Assembly: GCA_029762535.1 (NCBI GenBank)
Contig: JARVGK010000003.1
Span: forward strand, 1-64,000
Direction of reading: 5' to 3'
Length of the DNA: 64,000 nucleotides
Origin: Thermoplasmatota archaeon
GTDB lineage: Archaea; Thermoplasmatota; Penumbrarchaeia; Penumbrarchaeales; Penumbrarchaeaceae
The notes beneath the pieces are model-generated. The model worked only from the letters and a program-made list of their open reading frames with translations, made no database searches and was not told where the DNA came from. Position 1 is the first letter of the stretch, and each line of letters starts with the position of its first letter. Shown piece after piece: positions 38,737 to 48,657 of this stretch. Position numbers and translations under genes: made by a program.

Positions 38737-39399
38737 ATGGAAACGATGAAAGGCGCTCGGTCGAGCGATATCGGCCCGGACCTGTTCCGGAAGCTGATCC
38801 AGGAATACTTCAGGACATGCGTCGATCTGGGGTGCGGGGACGGAAAATACTGCTACGAGATGGCGCGAACCGATCCCGATACGTTCTACATCGGGATCGA
38901 CGCCGACCGCAACGGTCTCGTCGAGTATTCAAGGAGGATAGTGAAAAAACCCTCGAGAGGGGGACTGAAGAACGTCCTCTATCTCATCTCGAACGTGGAG
39001 TCACTCCCCGAAGAACTCAATGGGATCGCGGATGAGGTCACGGTCATCCTGCCGTGGGGATCCCTTCTTCAGGGTATGGTGGGGTCCGATCCGCTGTATC
39101 TTTCTAACATCAGGAGGATCTCAAAGGACGGGTCACTCCTGAAGATCTATCTGAACTACGACGTCAAGTACGAGCCCGTCGAGATGGAGAGGAAAGGGCT
39201 GCCGGAGCTCACCGAGGGTTACGTTGAGGATCACATGGTCCCGGCATACGCTTCTGCGGGGATCCGGATCGCCGGATACCGCTTCATGGAGAACGAGGAG
39301 GCCAGATCGATCCCTTCGACCTGGACGAGGAAATTGGGTTTCGGCAGGGCCAGATCGACCCTTTTGATCGAGGGCGTCATCGAGGGGGGATCCCCCTGA
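38737..39399 (+). CDS. 16S rRNA (adenine-1408-N1)-methyltransferase, NpmA/KamB family homologue
   Basis: DLGCGDG, FYIGID, KKPSRGGLKNV, ESLPEELNGIAD, LPWGSLL, KGLPEL, STWTRKLGFGR match NpmA motifs as recalled; 220 aa from ATG 38737. Confidence 0.85.
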   Translation: METMKGARSSDIGPDLFRKLIQEYFRTCVDLGCGDGKYCYEMARTDPDTFYIGIDADRNGLVEYSRRIVKKPSRGGLKNVLYLISNVESLPEELNGIADEVTVILPWGSLLQGMVGSDPLYLSNIRRISKDGSLLKIYLNYDVKYEPVEMERKGLPELTEGYVEDHMVPAYASAGIRIAGYRFMENEEARSIPSTWTRKLGFGRARSTLLIEGVIEGGSP

Positions 39400-39806
39400 A
39401 GGCCTCCTTCACCTGTCGTGGGCATCCCAACATCAGAGCCGAACACAGCCGGACCATCGAGTTCACGAAGGATAAGGAGCTGACCGAGAGAGGGGATTGT
39501 ATCATCGGCGTCTCCTGCGACTTCGATCCGGAGGAATTGAAAAAGCTCTCCGGGAAGGTCTGGATAACGGTTCAGGTCGATGAGATGACGGACGGGTTCC
39601 GGGCCTACATCAATCCGAAATTCGATCAAGACAGGGAGATCGTGTTCCGAAAGAGCCGGGTGAGGACCCAAAGAACGCTTGGAACGGACCTGAACAAAGG
39701 GGCCTCAAAGCTCGAAAGGTCCATAGTCGAGAGGATGAGGGATCCGAATGCCGTGATGCATGTCGTGCTCGAGAGCAAGGGGGGGGCATCCTATGGGAAA
39801 GGATGA
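39396..39806 (+). CDS. DUF371 family protein (probable CTG start)
   Basis: The frame upstream of the listed ORF reads LKASFTCRGHPNIRAEHSRTIEFTKDKELTERGDCIIGV, the DUF371 signature. Confidence 0.85.
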   Translation: MKASFTCRGHPNIRAEHSRTIEFTKDKELTERGDCIIGVSCDFDPEELKKLSGKVWITVQVDEMTDGFRAYINPKFDQDREIVFRKSRVRTQRTLGTDLNKGASKLERSIVERMRDPNAVMHVVLESKGGASYGKG

Positions 39807-40536
39807 GGTCCGGGGATCCTACGATTCCTCATCCGAGTATTGGCTGAAGAAGAGCCGGGTCTCGGAGAGGTATCTGTCCCTCATCGAGGGATCCCTCGGA
39901 GAGGATATGACGGTCCTTGACCTCGGATGCGGAGGGGGCAGGATGTCGTTCCTGCTTGCAGGGAAGGCGAGGAGGATCGTGGGATGCGATCTTTCCCCCG
40001 CCCTTGTGGAAGGCGCAAGGGAGAAGGCAAAGGACCAACCCGGGATGGTATTCGTCCAGGGGGATCTCGAATCGCCCTCGGCATGGGATGATTGTTTGAA
40101 GGCCAACGACGGGGAGGAATTCGATATGATCATCTCTAACGTAGCTCTCCGAAAGGACGCTTTGAGGCTGGATCGCGTCCTTGACAATGCCGGGAGCGTT
40201 CTCGCTCCAAAGGGAAGGATCATCCTTAGGATCGAATCCTCGGGGGATCTCCCGGAGATCGGATGCCCCCTCCCATGCTATCACCTCAGGGAGGTGCGAT
40301 CCTCCTTTGAGGAAAGAGGATACAGGATAGAGCTTCTGGAGGAAGAGCGCTTCTCCCAGAGGTTCTCCTCCTTTTCGGCGTTTCGGGATTTCCTTGAGAG
40401 GACATCCCTCATGTCGCATCTGGTCGAGACCCATTCCATGGACAAGGCCCTTGACAGGGCCCGATCCCTTGAGGGCAGGGACGGGATAAGAGTGACCAGG
40501 AGCTACTGGATCGTCAAGGTCGATCCCACCTTGTAG
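39793..40536 (+). CDS. class I SAM-dependent methyltransferase
   Basis: VLDLGCGGG, GCDLSP, FDMIIS, LAPKGRI. Confidence 0.85.
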   Translation: MGKDEVRGSYDSSSEYWLKKSRVSERYLSLIEGSLGEDMTVLDLGCGGGRMSFLLAGKARRIVGCDLSPALVEGAREKAKDQPGMVFVQGDLESPSAWDDCLKANDGEEFDMIISNVALRKDALRLDRVLDNAGSVLAPKGRIILRIESSGDLPEIGCPLPCYHLREVRSSFEERGYRIELLEEERFSQRFSSFSAFRDFLERTSLMSHLVETHSMDKALDRARSLEGRDGIRVTRSYWIVKVDPTL

Positions 40537-40583
40537 TAAGAAAACTATTTCTTGGAGTAGTATAATACATATTCGGTGGTGTA

Positions 40584-41759
40584 TTGGTATGCTTGAAGTG
40601 GGAATCCCCCATCATCGCTTCATTGATGTTCGTCTTCTACTTGATGGTTGGGTTCACCTCATGTTCCTTTTTCATAGAACCCAGTGCCTCGGCTCCTCTT
40701 GAAGGGATGCCACCGAAAATACTCATTGAGGCGATAAACGAGACCGTAACGACATCGGATTGGTCCTACGAGATCCGGGCTGCCGACAACGAGACCCCGG
40801 AGGAGTTCCTGACCTTCTCGATCACGAGCATCGAGTGGGAATATTCCAGATATTTCTCCATGCAGGGGAACTGGATCGTCGCGACCGGGCTTAAACCCGG
40901 GTACGATTCTGTTCGTATAACGATCGAGGTCATGGACACCGACGGGCTAACGGACAGCGCCATGTACGACATCTACATCGATATAGATGACCCCGCGCCG
41001 ATGATATTGAGCAGCATACAGACCCTCACAGTCACTGGCATGAACGCGTATTTTTTTGTCGGCACCGGTCCCCAGTGCGACGTTCGCTATCACGATCCTC
41101 ACGGGGACCAAATCTATATCGATGAGGTGGTGAGCCCGGACATGACCCTAAATGTGCGGCGGGATTCGGACCGGGAGGGCGTGGACTACAGGGTCGAGGT
41201 GAGGAGGGGATGGATCTATGATGATTACCCCTCTCACCCCTTCATTGGTGGAGCGGATTTGGTCTTCGACATCAAAGACGAACAGAACAGCGTTCGTGTG
41301 ACGATCACGGTCCATTTTCTACCCCTGTCCGATATGTTCAGGATCGTGCCCCTTGTAAACCTCGACGATCTCACGGACAGGGATCCGGTCATACTCGGAA
41401 TAGGCATGGTCGGGGTCGAAGGATTGCTTTTCCACAACCTTTCCTCCGTATACTGGGATTCTAACAGGACATCCATAGATGACGAGTACTCCCCGATAAT
41501 GAAGGATGTCCTGAGCGCAGGCCATCATAATATCTCGGTCGAGTTCGATCTTACGGACGACGATACCAGTTCGGAATACGAAGTGTACATTCACATATAC
41601 GTGCATCCGACGGAGGATCGTGTCGAGAGGACGGACGATGTCGGGGGCGAGATCTGCCTCTTCGCCCTCCTTTCCATGATGATCCTACCCCTGCTCATCG
41701 TCTCTCCTGCGGTGATAGGGTCGATCGTGCTCAAGGTCGTTCGGCGAAGGGGGCGTTAA
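40584..41759 (+). CDS. secreted protein with Ig/cadherin-like domains and C-terminal TM anchor
   Basis: Signal peptide, EVMDTDGL, LSAGHHNISV, terminal hydrophobic helix followed by RRRGR. Confidence 0.65.
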   Translation: MVCLKWESPIIASLMFVFYLMVGFTSCSFFIEPSASAPLEGMPPKILIEAINETVTTSDWSYEIRAADNETPEEFLTFSITSIEWEYSRYFSMQGNWIVATGLKPGYDSVRITIEVMDTDGLTDSAMYDIYIDIDDPAPMILSSIQTLTVTGMNAYFFVGTGPQCDVRYHDPHGDQIYIDEVVSPDMTLNVRRDSDREGVDYRVEVRRGWIYDDYPSHPFIGGADLVFDIKDEQNSVRVTITVHFLPLSDMFRIVPLVNLDDLTDRDPVILGIGMVGVEGLLFHNLSSVYWDSNRTSIDDEYSPIMKDVLSAGHHNISVEFDLTDDDTSSEYEVYIHIYVHPTEDRVERTDDVGGEICLFALLSMMILPLLIVSPAVIGSIVLKVVRRRGR

Positions 41760-41761
41760 AG

Positions 41762-44455
41762 ATGAGATCGCTCTTATTCCTCATAACGCCCCTGCTCATC
41801 GTCCCGATCGTTCTTTTCGTTGATATATCCTGGGCGGATCCGGTCCAGGGGACCGAGTGGGACGCGCCGTTCCCCGACGATCTCAGGTTCTCCGATCCTG
41901 GCCCCATCGATTACGAAAGAATGATCGATGTTCTCTATCTGGATGACGGCACATATTTCTGGTTACACATCGTGACGGAGCAGGTCCCCGGTTACGACCT
42001 GAACAGTGTGATCCTCCTGTTAGAGATGTACTCCGAGGCCGACGAGCTCCTATCGAGCGATCCGATAACGCTTTTCGAGACATCTTTCGATCCATACGAT
42101 CGGATAGTGTATCCGGCGGAGTACGGAGACGACGGGATCGCATTCCTCCTCGAACTGAAACAGAACTATTATGGCAACAGCGGGGCCGATGAATTCTATA
42201 TGGTGGTCCTCGATAACGCGACATCCTCCGGGCCTCTGTCGGCGGAGTCGAAATACCTGGACATAGAGGACTTCGATCATTTCAGGTTCAGGTTCGAGGA
42301 GGAGTCCCTCCCGTATATGGCATACCTTGTCCTCTATGGAGAGGATATGGTCTTCGTCCAGCCCTATTCCTCGGAGGAGGGGTTCTTGGACCCTATCGAG
42401 TTCGAGGAAGGGGTTCGTCAGGCCTCGGACATACTCGACCACGGTGAGGGTATCATATTCATACATCAGGAGGCCCGTGGGACGATCACTTTAAGATCAT
42501 ACTATCCCAACGGGACCAAATTTGGGTCCGTGGATGTGCCGGCATATCCGGAGGGGATCGGTCTGGACAACACCTTCGACTCGTGGATGCACGAAGGGAA
42601 TATCCACCTTATGGTCTGGCGGGACGAATTGCGTGGGTCCTACAAGCACCTGGACCATCTGGTGATCTCCATCGACGGGGAGATAATAGATAAGGATCTG
42701 GACATCCTCCCATGGGAGAGCCCGTTCCTTTTGACCAACCATCTCTTCGGCCTCGAGGGGGACATCTTCCTGCTCGGGACCAACTCGTACTCGCTCTACA
42801 GGTTCGAGAAGGACATGACCCCCATCGTCAGATATCCTATCGGATCCCACCCGGACGATCCCGGCCTCTGGGAGATATTCCTGTTGGATCATTTCAAGGG
42901 AGAGGTCCATCTTCTCATCCGGGGCGAGGATCATTTCGGGATCTCCTCCTACAGGGAGGGCGAATTGCCCATGTTCGGCTCCTTCAGTATCGAAGAGGAT
43001 ACGGTCATGGACAACGAGACCTATCCCCAGGATTGCAGACTGATCGTTGGGAACGGCAGCACCCTGGTCCTCGAGGGGATCGATCTGATGATCGAGTACT
43101 ACGACTTCCCTCTGATCGTAACGGATGGCGGATCACTGGAGATGAAAGGATGCACGAACCGGACGGGCGAGAATTGGAACGTCGATAACGATGGCCGACT
43201 GACCATGGTCGATTGCACCATGAGGATCGATATCACCGGCACGGGTTCGATATTACTTGAAGGGAACGGGAACGTCTTCCCCACCCGATACTATCTGGAC
43301 TGGGAATGTTCCTCGCTGACGTTGACCGGAATTGTCGCCTCCGGATCGGATATTCCCACCCATCAGATCTTCTACAGTATCCAGAGGAACGACTATACCG
43401 TCCCCATGTTGAACATCATCGATTGCGAACTCAGGGATCTCGCATCGAACACGCGCAAAGGATTGGAAATGAGGGCCGACTCGATCCTCGTCAGGGACTG
43501 CACCTTCGAGAACGTCAGCTGCTTCTTCAACGACGGCGACCTGAAGATCGAAGGGTCTACGTTCCAGGATTGCGATCTCTCCGGAGTGGATCCCGCGGAT
43601 ACGGTCCATGTTATCGATTCGACCTTCAGGGATTGCAGGAACGTCTATTGGCTGTTCGGCACGATGCATTCCGAGATCGAAGGGTCGTCCTTCATGAACT
43701 GCTCCCGGATCATCGAGACCTCGTCCTATGCCGATAATCGGATAGAGGTCTCGAAGTGCCGGTTCGTCGAATGCGAGAACGTCACCGAATACGAGGGATC
43801 GGACCTCATAACGATCGAGGATTCCCTGTTCCTGAACTGCCGGAGGACGATCGGCATCGATGCCGATCTGGATGAACACATAGGGCTCAGGATAGCGAAC
43901 TGCACCTTCGACGGTAAACAACGCCAGGTCTATTTCAAGGGCGATCCGCTGGACGATGTCGACCCGTTCGACGATCCCGAGGAACCGTTCGGTTACAACA
44001 CCCCGAGGATGGTTGACCTGGCCTACAATACCTGGAACGCCTCCCATCCGGAGCAGGTGGCCTCCGTCGTTTCCTTCGGTATCAAGTTCCTTCCGTTCAA
44101 TGACCTCGAGGGGAACCTGATATCGACCGAAGATGACGACATGGACCGGATGGACGACGATTGGGAGGAAAAGAACGGCCTTGACCCGGAGCATTATTTC
44201 GACAGGTTCCTCGATCCCGACAACGACGGCTACGACAATCTCGAGGAGTTCAGGGCGGGCTCGGACCCCATGGATGGCGGGGATCATCCCTACGAGATGA
44301 CTCCCGAACTGAAGTTATGGATACTTATATGCGCGTGCAGCGTCCTGGTGGCCGCCGCCCTTTTCATCGCGTTCCCACTGCAGGCATTCGTCAGGGGGAT
44401 CCGGCCTCCCCCTAAAAACCATAAGGATGAGAAGATAAAGGAGGGGGCGCATTGA
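41762..44455 (+). CDS. surface protein with right-handed beta-helix repeats, acidic Ca-binding (TSP3-like) repeat and TM anchor
   Basis: Repeated IxDSTFxDC rungs; DDDMDRMDDDWEEKNGLDP..DPDNDGYDNLEEF..SDP; TM helix. Confidence 0.75.
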   Translation: MRSLLFLITPLLIVPIVLFVDISWADPVQGTEWDAPFPDDLRFSDPGPIDYERMIDVLYLDDGTYFWLHIVTEQVPGYDLNSVILLLEMYSEADELLSSDPITLFETSFDPYDRIVYPAEYGDDGIAFLLELKQNYYGNSGADEFYMVVLDNATSSGPLSAESKYLDIEDFDHFRFRFEEESLPYMAYLVLYGEDMVFVQPYSSEEGFLDPIEFEEGVRQASDILDHGEGIIFIHQEARGTITLRSYYPNGTKFGSVDVPAYPEGIGLDNTFDSWMHEGNIHLMVWRDELRGSYKHLDHLVISIDGEIIDKDLDILPWESPFLLTNHLFGLEGDIFLLGTNSYSLYRFEKDMTPIVRYPIGSHPDDPGLWEIFLLDHFKGEVHLLIRGEDHFGISSYREGELPMFGSFSIEEDTVMDNETYPQDCRLIVGNGSTLVLEGIDLMIEYYDFPLIVTDGGSLEMKGCTNRTGENWNVDNDGRLTMVDCTMRIDITGTGSILLEGNGNVFPTRYYLDWECSSLTLTGIVASGSDIPTHQIFYSIQRNDYTVPMLNIIDCELRDLASNTRKGLEMRADSILVRDCTFENVSCFFNDGDLKIEGSTFQDCDLSGVDPADTVHVIDSTFRDCRNVYWLFGTMHSEIEGSSFMNCSRIIETSSYADNRIEVSKCRFVECENVTEYEGSDLITIEDSLFLNCRRTIGIDADLDEHIGLRIANCTFDGKQRQVYFKGDPLDDVDPFDDPEEPFGYNTPRMVDLAYNTWNASHPEQVASVVSFGIKFLPFNDLEGNLISTEDDDMDRMDDDWEEKNGLDPEHYFDRFLDPDNDGYDNLEEFRAGSDPMDGGDHPYEMTPELKLWILICACSVLVAAALFIAFPLQAFVRGIRPPPKNHKDEKIKEGAH

Positions 44456-45396
44456 AGTTCGAGATCTCGATCAAGGGCGTCGACCTGCCCTCCTCCCTCT
44501 CGGCGGGTCTGAAGATACCGGAATTCCGGGTCGGGTCCGGAGGGACCGACTTCGTGAACATACTCAATAATGGGAACCGGGGTGAGTTCAAGGGATATTT
44601 ACTTGGGGATAGGAAGCCCGGAAGCGGTGACATTTGGTCATCTCCCGATCGAAACACAGTCAAGACCTCCCTGATCGGTCCGGAACGAGGTTATCTACCC
44701 CATCAGACCGTGAAGGGATATCTGGACCACATTATCGAGATATCCGGGATCGATCCTTCGGTCGCTCGCAGGCGGGATATACTCGATGAGCTGGAATTGG
44801 GCGCCATCATGGACTGCGAGGTCTCCGGGCTGGGCTCCGGACAGAGGATTTTAGTGGACCTTGCAAGAGGGGCGGTCCTCGATCCCGATCTGTTCATCAT
44901 CGATCTGATGGAAATGGAAGAGGCGGCGGGGAACCAGGAGAAGGTGGTATCTTTCATCAGGTGGTTCCTGAAAGGTAGCGAGAAGGGCGCGGTCATCTTC
45001 GTTAAGGAACCTCCAGAAGAGGTCCACGAGGGAGAGCGCTTCTATTCGGTCATGGACAACACCCTCTCCGAAAGGGACCTAACCCAGATGCCGGTAGGGA
45101 ACTTGTATCCGTTCAGGGTGAGGTTCGTCCTGGATGACATGGTCCAGGCCGCCCAGATCATAAGAGGGTTCCCCCATGTCAGGGTGGAGCCCTCGTTCAG
45201 GCCTATAATGGCAAAGGAAGAGGGCACGGACGATACCGGACTTTCCGAGGAACCGTTCTCAATACATTACGGCAGGGAGATGTTCTTCGGACTGAAGCGT
45301 TACGACATCCTGCCCCAGATCAACAAGGAGCTCATCTCCGCCGGGATCAAGGTGTACGAGGTATCATTGATGAAGAAGGGAGGTGAGCGCCAGTGA
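44452..45396 (+). CDS. degenerate ABC-ATPase-like protein
   Basis: GYLPHQTV, LGSGQRILVDLARGAVLDPDLFIIDL resemble the ABC signature and Walker B; no GxxGxGKT. Confidence 0.6.
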   Translation: MKFEISIKGVDLPSSLSAGLKIPEFRVGSGGTDFVNILNNGNRGEFKGYLLGDRKPGSGDIWSSPDRNTVKTSLIGPERGYLPHQTVKGYLDHIIEISGIDPSVARRRDILDELELGAIMDCEVSGLGSGQRILVDLARGAVLDPDLFIIDLMEMEEAAGNQEKVVSFIRWFLKGSEKGAVIFVKEPPEEVHEGERFYSVMDNTLSERDLTQMPVGNLYPFRVRFVLDDMVQAAQIIRGFPHVRVEPSFRPIMAKEEGTDDTGLSEEPFSIHYGREMFFGLKRYDILPQINKELISAGIKVYEVSLMKKGGERQ

Positions 45397-46322
45397 AAAG
45401 CGTCACATGTGCGATGCTCAAGGAGAACGTGAAGTGCTCCTCCATCGGGATCGCGAGGATATTCTCCGTGAAGGCGCTTGTGATGCTCGTGATAGTACTG
45501 TCGACGGTCCTGCCCATAATCGTGATTTCGGAGGACGATCAGGATCCCGGGGGTGATAACCTTTACAAATACCGACATCCGAGTGATGCCACTACGAACA
45601 GGCGGGGGGAGGTCGTGGATTGGGAGGGGGTCGACGAGATACCAGAGAATGAGGGATCGGACGATGCCGCTTCAGGGACAGCCCTGGCGACGATCGTCCT
45701 CGCTATTTCGATTTTGAATATCGCCATCTGTCATGTCTATTTATTCTCCAAGAACATAGGTAAGGGGAGGCTCACTATCCTTCAACAACTGGGTGTTCCC
45801 GATGGTCAGGTCTTCAGAGGTAATGTCCTCAGCGTAGCCGTCCTGTTCTCGGTACTATCCGTATTGGACATGGTCTTCTTATCGATTATCTATGCCATGG
45901 TCTCCTCCCTTTTTCTTGAGGTGATCGTCGTTGGTACCATCTCTTCGACGGTCGTACTGTCCTTGTATATAGTCGGCATTACACACCCGACCTCCGTCAA
46001 ACTGTTCAAGAGGAGGTTCATGGTCCCGCTTCTCAACATATCGATCATTATCTTTTTGGGCATCCTGCTATCGAGGACCATCCTGGACCCCGTGTTCGAG
46101 ATGGTAGGCCTTGATATCGAAATAATCAAAGCGATCCTCACCGGGTTCAGCCCGGTCCACTTCATAGGAGCCGTCGCCGGTTGGATGATTGGAGGGGAGG
46201 CGATCCGGGTCACTGACCTCCTGTGGACCGTTCCAGTGGCGATATTGATCTGCATGGGGATCGTGCTTACAGGCAGGATCAAGGCAGGGGAGCTGAGGTC
46301 CCCTTTCATGTCCCTACATTGA
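45393..46322 (+). CDS. multi-pass membrane protein, ABC-2 permease-like
   Basis: About six TM helices, FSPVHF; GTGA overlap with the upstream gene. Confidence 0.6.
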   Translation: MKSVTCAMLKENVKCSSIGIARIFSVKALVMLVIVLSTVLPIIVISEDDQDPGGDNLYKYRHPSDATTNRRGEVVDWEGVDEIPENEGSDDAASGTALATIVLAISILNIAICHVYLFSKNIGKGRLTILQQLGVPDGQVFRGNVLSVAVLFSVLSVLDMVFLSIIYAMVSSLFLEVIVVGTISSTVVLSLYIVGITHPTSVKLFKRRFMVPLLNISIIIFLGILLSRTILDPVFEMVGLDIEIIKAILTGFSPVHFIGAVAGWMIGGEAIRVTDLLWTVPVAILICMGIVLTGRIKAGELRSPFMSLH

Positions 46323-46376
46323 GGTTCGACCGATCTTTAACATATCTATAGGGTGCTCTGGTACAATCATCGATCG

Positions 46377-47672
46377 CTATGGGTCCACTCTCTCGATGAT
46401 AGCCGCGAAGAAACCTGAACGATCATCTCCTGGCATCGGATGGAAATATGTTCCTCTGAACAGATCCTTTGGAAGATATGGAACCATGCCATCCGCTTGG
46501 ACCGGGTGGAACCCTTCGTTCTCCTTGAGGAAACGTTCCACTATCGATCCGTTCTCCGACTTGTCCATTGAACACGTCGAATACACGAGCCTCCCGCCGG
46601 GCTTCACGAGGTCGGAATAGGTCTTCAGTATATCGTACTGGACCATCGGGAAACGTTCCATGTCCTCCTGTTTCAGGTGGATCTTTATGTCGGGGTTGCG
46701 CCTCATCGTCCCCAGTCCTGAGCATGGGGCATCGACGAGGACGAGATCCGCCCATTCCCTGTACGGATCGAGCGATGAAGGATCCTTGACGTGGAGCCTC
46801 TGATAGTTCCAGATCTGAGCCCTTCTTCCCCTCTGTCTAAGGCGCTGGAGGCTCCTCTCGTTGGTGTCCATTGATATTAGCATCCCCCTGTTCTTCATCA
46901 AGGCGCTCAGGGCGAGGGTCTTGCCACCGTTCCCGGCGCAGGCGTCCACGACCTTCAGGCCTTCGATCCCTGCAAGGGCGATCCTGCAGGCGATCTGGGA
47001 GGAGATGTCCTGCACTTCGATCAGACCCTGCCTGTACTCCTCGAGATCGTCGATCCTGGTCCCGTCCGGGAGAAGGAACGCATCGGGATCCAGGTCCGTC
47101 ATCATCGGGGAGTTCACGACCTTCGATATGGACCGCATGACCTTATCCCTCGTTGAGAGCAGGGTATTGGTCCTGATGCCGATATATCTCGGATGTAAGA
47201 GGGAATCGGCCAGAGCATCGTATGCCTTCTCCTTACCGAGGGAATTGATAAGGGTGCTTGATATGAATTCCGGGACCGATGACGATGCAATATTATCAGA
47301 TACATCTTCCCTTCTATCTATCGATGTGATCGCCGGTAATATTTTCGATCTCTCGACCGTTGCCTTGATGGCCTTGCGCCTCTCCCAGAAAAGGTCATGG
47401 TCCTTGGGCATCTCCTTGAGGAACACCATCGATGCCGCCATGGCAAGCTCATTTGGATCGGCGCTGCCTATCTCTTTAGTGAAAATATGGTGCCATCTAA
47501 GGTAAGAATAGCACGATATGGCCACCCTTGACCTGCTGCGATCGTCCAGATTAGAGTATTTAAGGATCCGGTGCAGCGATCTGTTGGATTTCTCCCCGCT
47601 CAATACCGATGTGATGAAATCCTTCAGGTGAGGATGGAGCTTGAATGACCTTTTTCCGGAACGGGGTATCAT
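46377..47672 (-). CDS. RsmB/NOL1/NOP2 family RNA m5C methyltransferase
   Basis: EVQDISSQ, DACAGNGGKT, VDAPCSGLG, VYSTCS, GFFAA. Confidence 0.92.
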   Translation of the reverse strand: MIPRSGKRSFKLHPHLKDFITSVLSGEKSNRSLHRILKYSNLDDRSRSRVAISCYSYLRWHHIFTKEIGSADPNELAMAASMVFLKEMPKDHDLFWERRKAIKATVERSKILPAITSIDRREDVSDNIASSSVPEFISSTLINSLGKEKAYDALADSLLHPRYIGIRTNTLLSTRDKVMRSISKVVNSPMMTDLDPDAFLLPDGTRIDDLEEYRQGLIEVQDISSQIACRIALAGIEGLKVVDACAGNGGKTLALSALMKNRGMLISMDTNERSLQRLRQRGRRAQIWNYQRLHVKDPSSLDPYREWADLVLVDAPCSGLGTMRRNPDIKIHLKQEDMERFPMVQYDILKTYSDLVKPGGRLVYSTCSMDKSENGSIVERFLKENEGFHPVQADGMVPYLPKDLFRGTYFHPMPGDDRSGFFAAIIERVDP

Positions 47673-47848
47673 GTTAGCGATCCCCCTAACCCCCGAGGTG
47701 ATAGATGAAACTTTTCACCCCCCGAAGGGGGATCTCCTCCACCTACGGATGCTTACAACCTAAAGATCCCCTCCGCGATCCGGGATCCTACTCCTGGAAG
47801 GGGGGGATCCCTCCAAAAAATCAATGAGGTTATGATCTTGTGGTCGAT

Positions 47849-47883
47849 AAAAAAAAAGGGGGGAGATCGAACGATCTCCCCCC
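47849..47883 (-). terminator. intrinsic terminator of the DUF4397 gene
   Basis: On the - strand: GGGGGGAGATCG-tt-CGATCTCCCCCC-T9. Confidence 0.8.
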
Positions 47884-47907
47884 AAGGGTTTTTCTGATTA
47901 TATACGA

Positions 47908-48657
47908 TCATCTGTCCTTCACGAGAAGTGCTCCGAGGGAGGGTTCGCCCGTCCCTGGCGAGACCAATCCCGTGGCGAAGACCGTGTACGAGGTCCTCTT
48001 CATCAGGCTCACATCGTCCACGCTCAGAACAACTGTCTCGGTCCCGGCGAGCCTGACCTCGAGATCGTAGGTCCCCGCCTTGACCGACAGATACCTCTCC
48101 ACATCGCCGAAGCTGACATCGGGGAACAGTACTGGGCCGTCCTTGACAGCGATATCCACCGCGGGAGCATCCGGAGATGCGTGGACGAACCTCACCCAGG
48201 ACCTGAATATGGGCCGGACCGGTCTGAGGTCCTCTATGACCAAAGGTTCGATCTCGGAGAGTTTACCCACGGCTACGATGGTGTAGTCCCTGACGGGTTT
48301 GAGAACGACATCCGCATTTATGACGATGGGTGACGTCTGTCCGGTTGGGACCACCTGTATGTTGTATGACGAACCTCCCTTGTTGAAGGGGACGGTCAGA
48401 TATGGTGTGTACTCGCCGAATGCCAGGTTTGACACCGCAAGGTTTCCGTTGACCCATATGTCCACCGCAGGGGCGTCAGGTGAGAGATGCACGGCTCTGA
48501 CCCTGGCCGAAGCCCAGGATGATCCCCCGAAGCCTCTGCCCCCTCCGTTGTTTTCCTTGTCCATTCCTCTTCCTTCCACCTGGCCTACCATTATCATGGA
48601 GCCCAGGAGGACCATGAGGGTGATCCCCATGGCGGCCGTTATTGTTCCTTTCCTCAT
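47908..48657 (-). CDS. secreted DUF4397 domain protein
   Basis: Signal peptide; two VR.VH.SPDAPAVDI repeats. Confidence 0.9.
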   Translation of the reverse strand: MRKGTITAAMGITLMVLLGSMIMVGQVEGRGMDKENNGGGRGFGGSSWASARVRAVHLSPDAPAVDIWVNGNLAVSNLAFGEYTPYLTVPFNKGGSSYNIQVVPTGQTSPIVINADVVLKPVRDYTIVAVGKLSEIEPLVIEDLRPVRPIFRSWVRFVHASPDAPAVDIAVKDGPVLFPDVSFGDVERYLSVKAGTYDLEVRLAGTETVVLSVDDVSLMKRTSYTVFATGLVSPGTGEPSLGALLVKDR

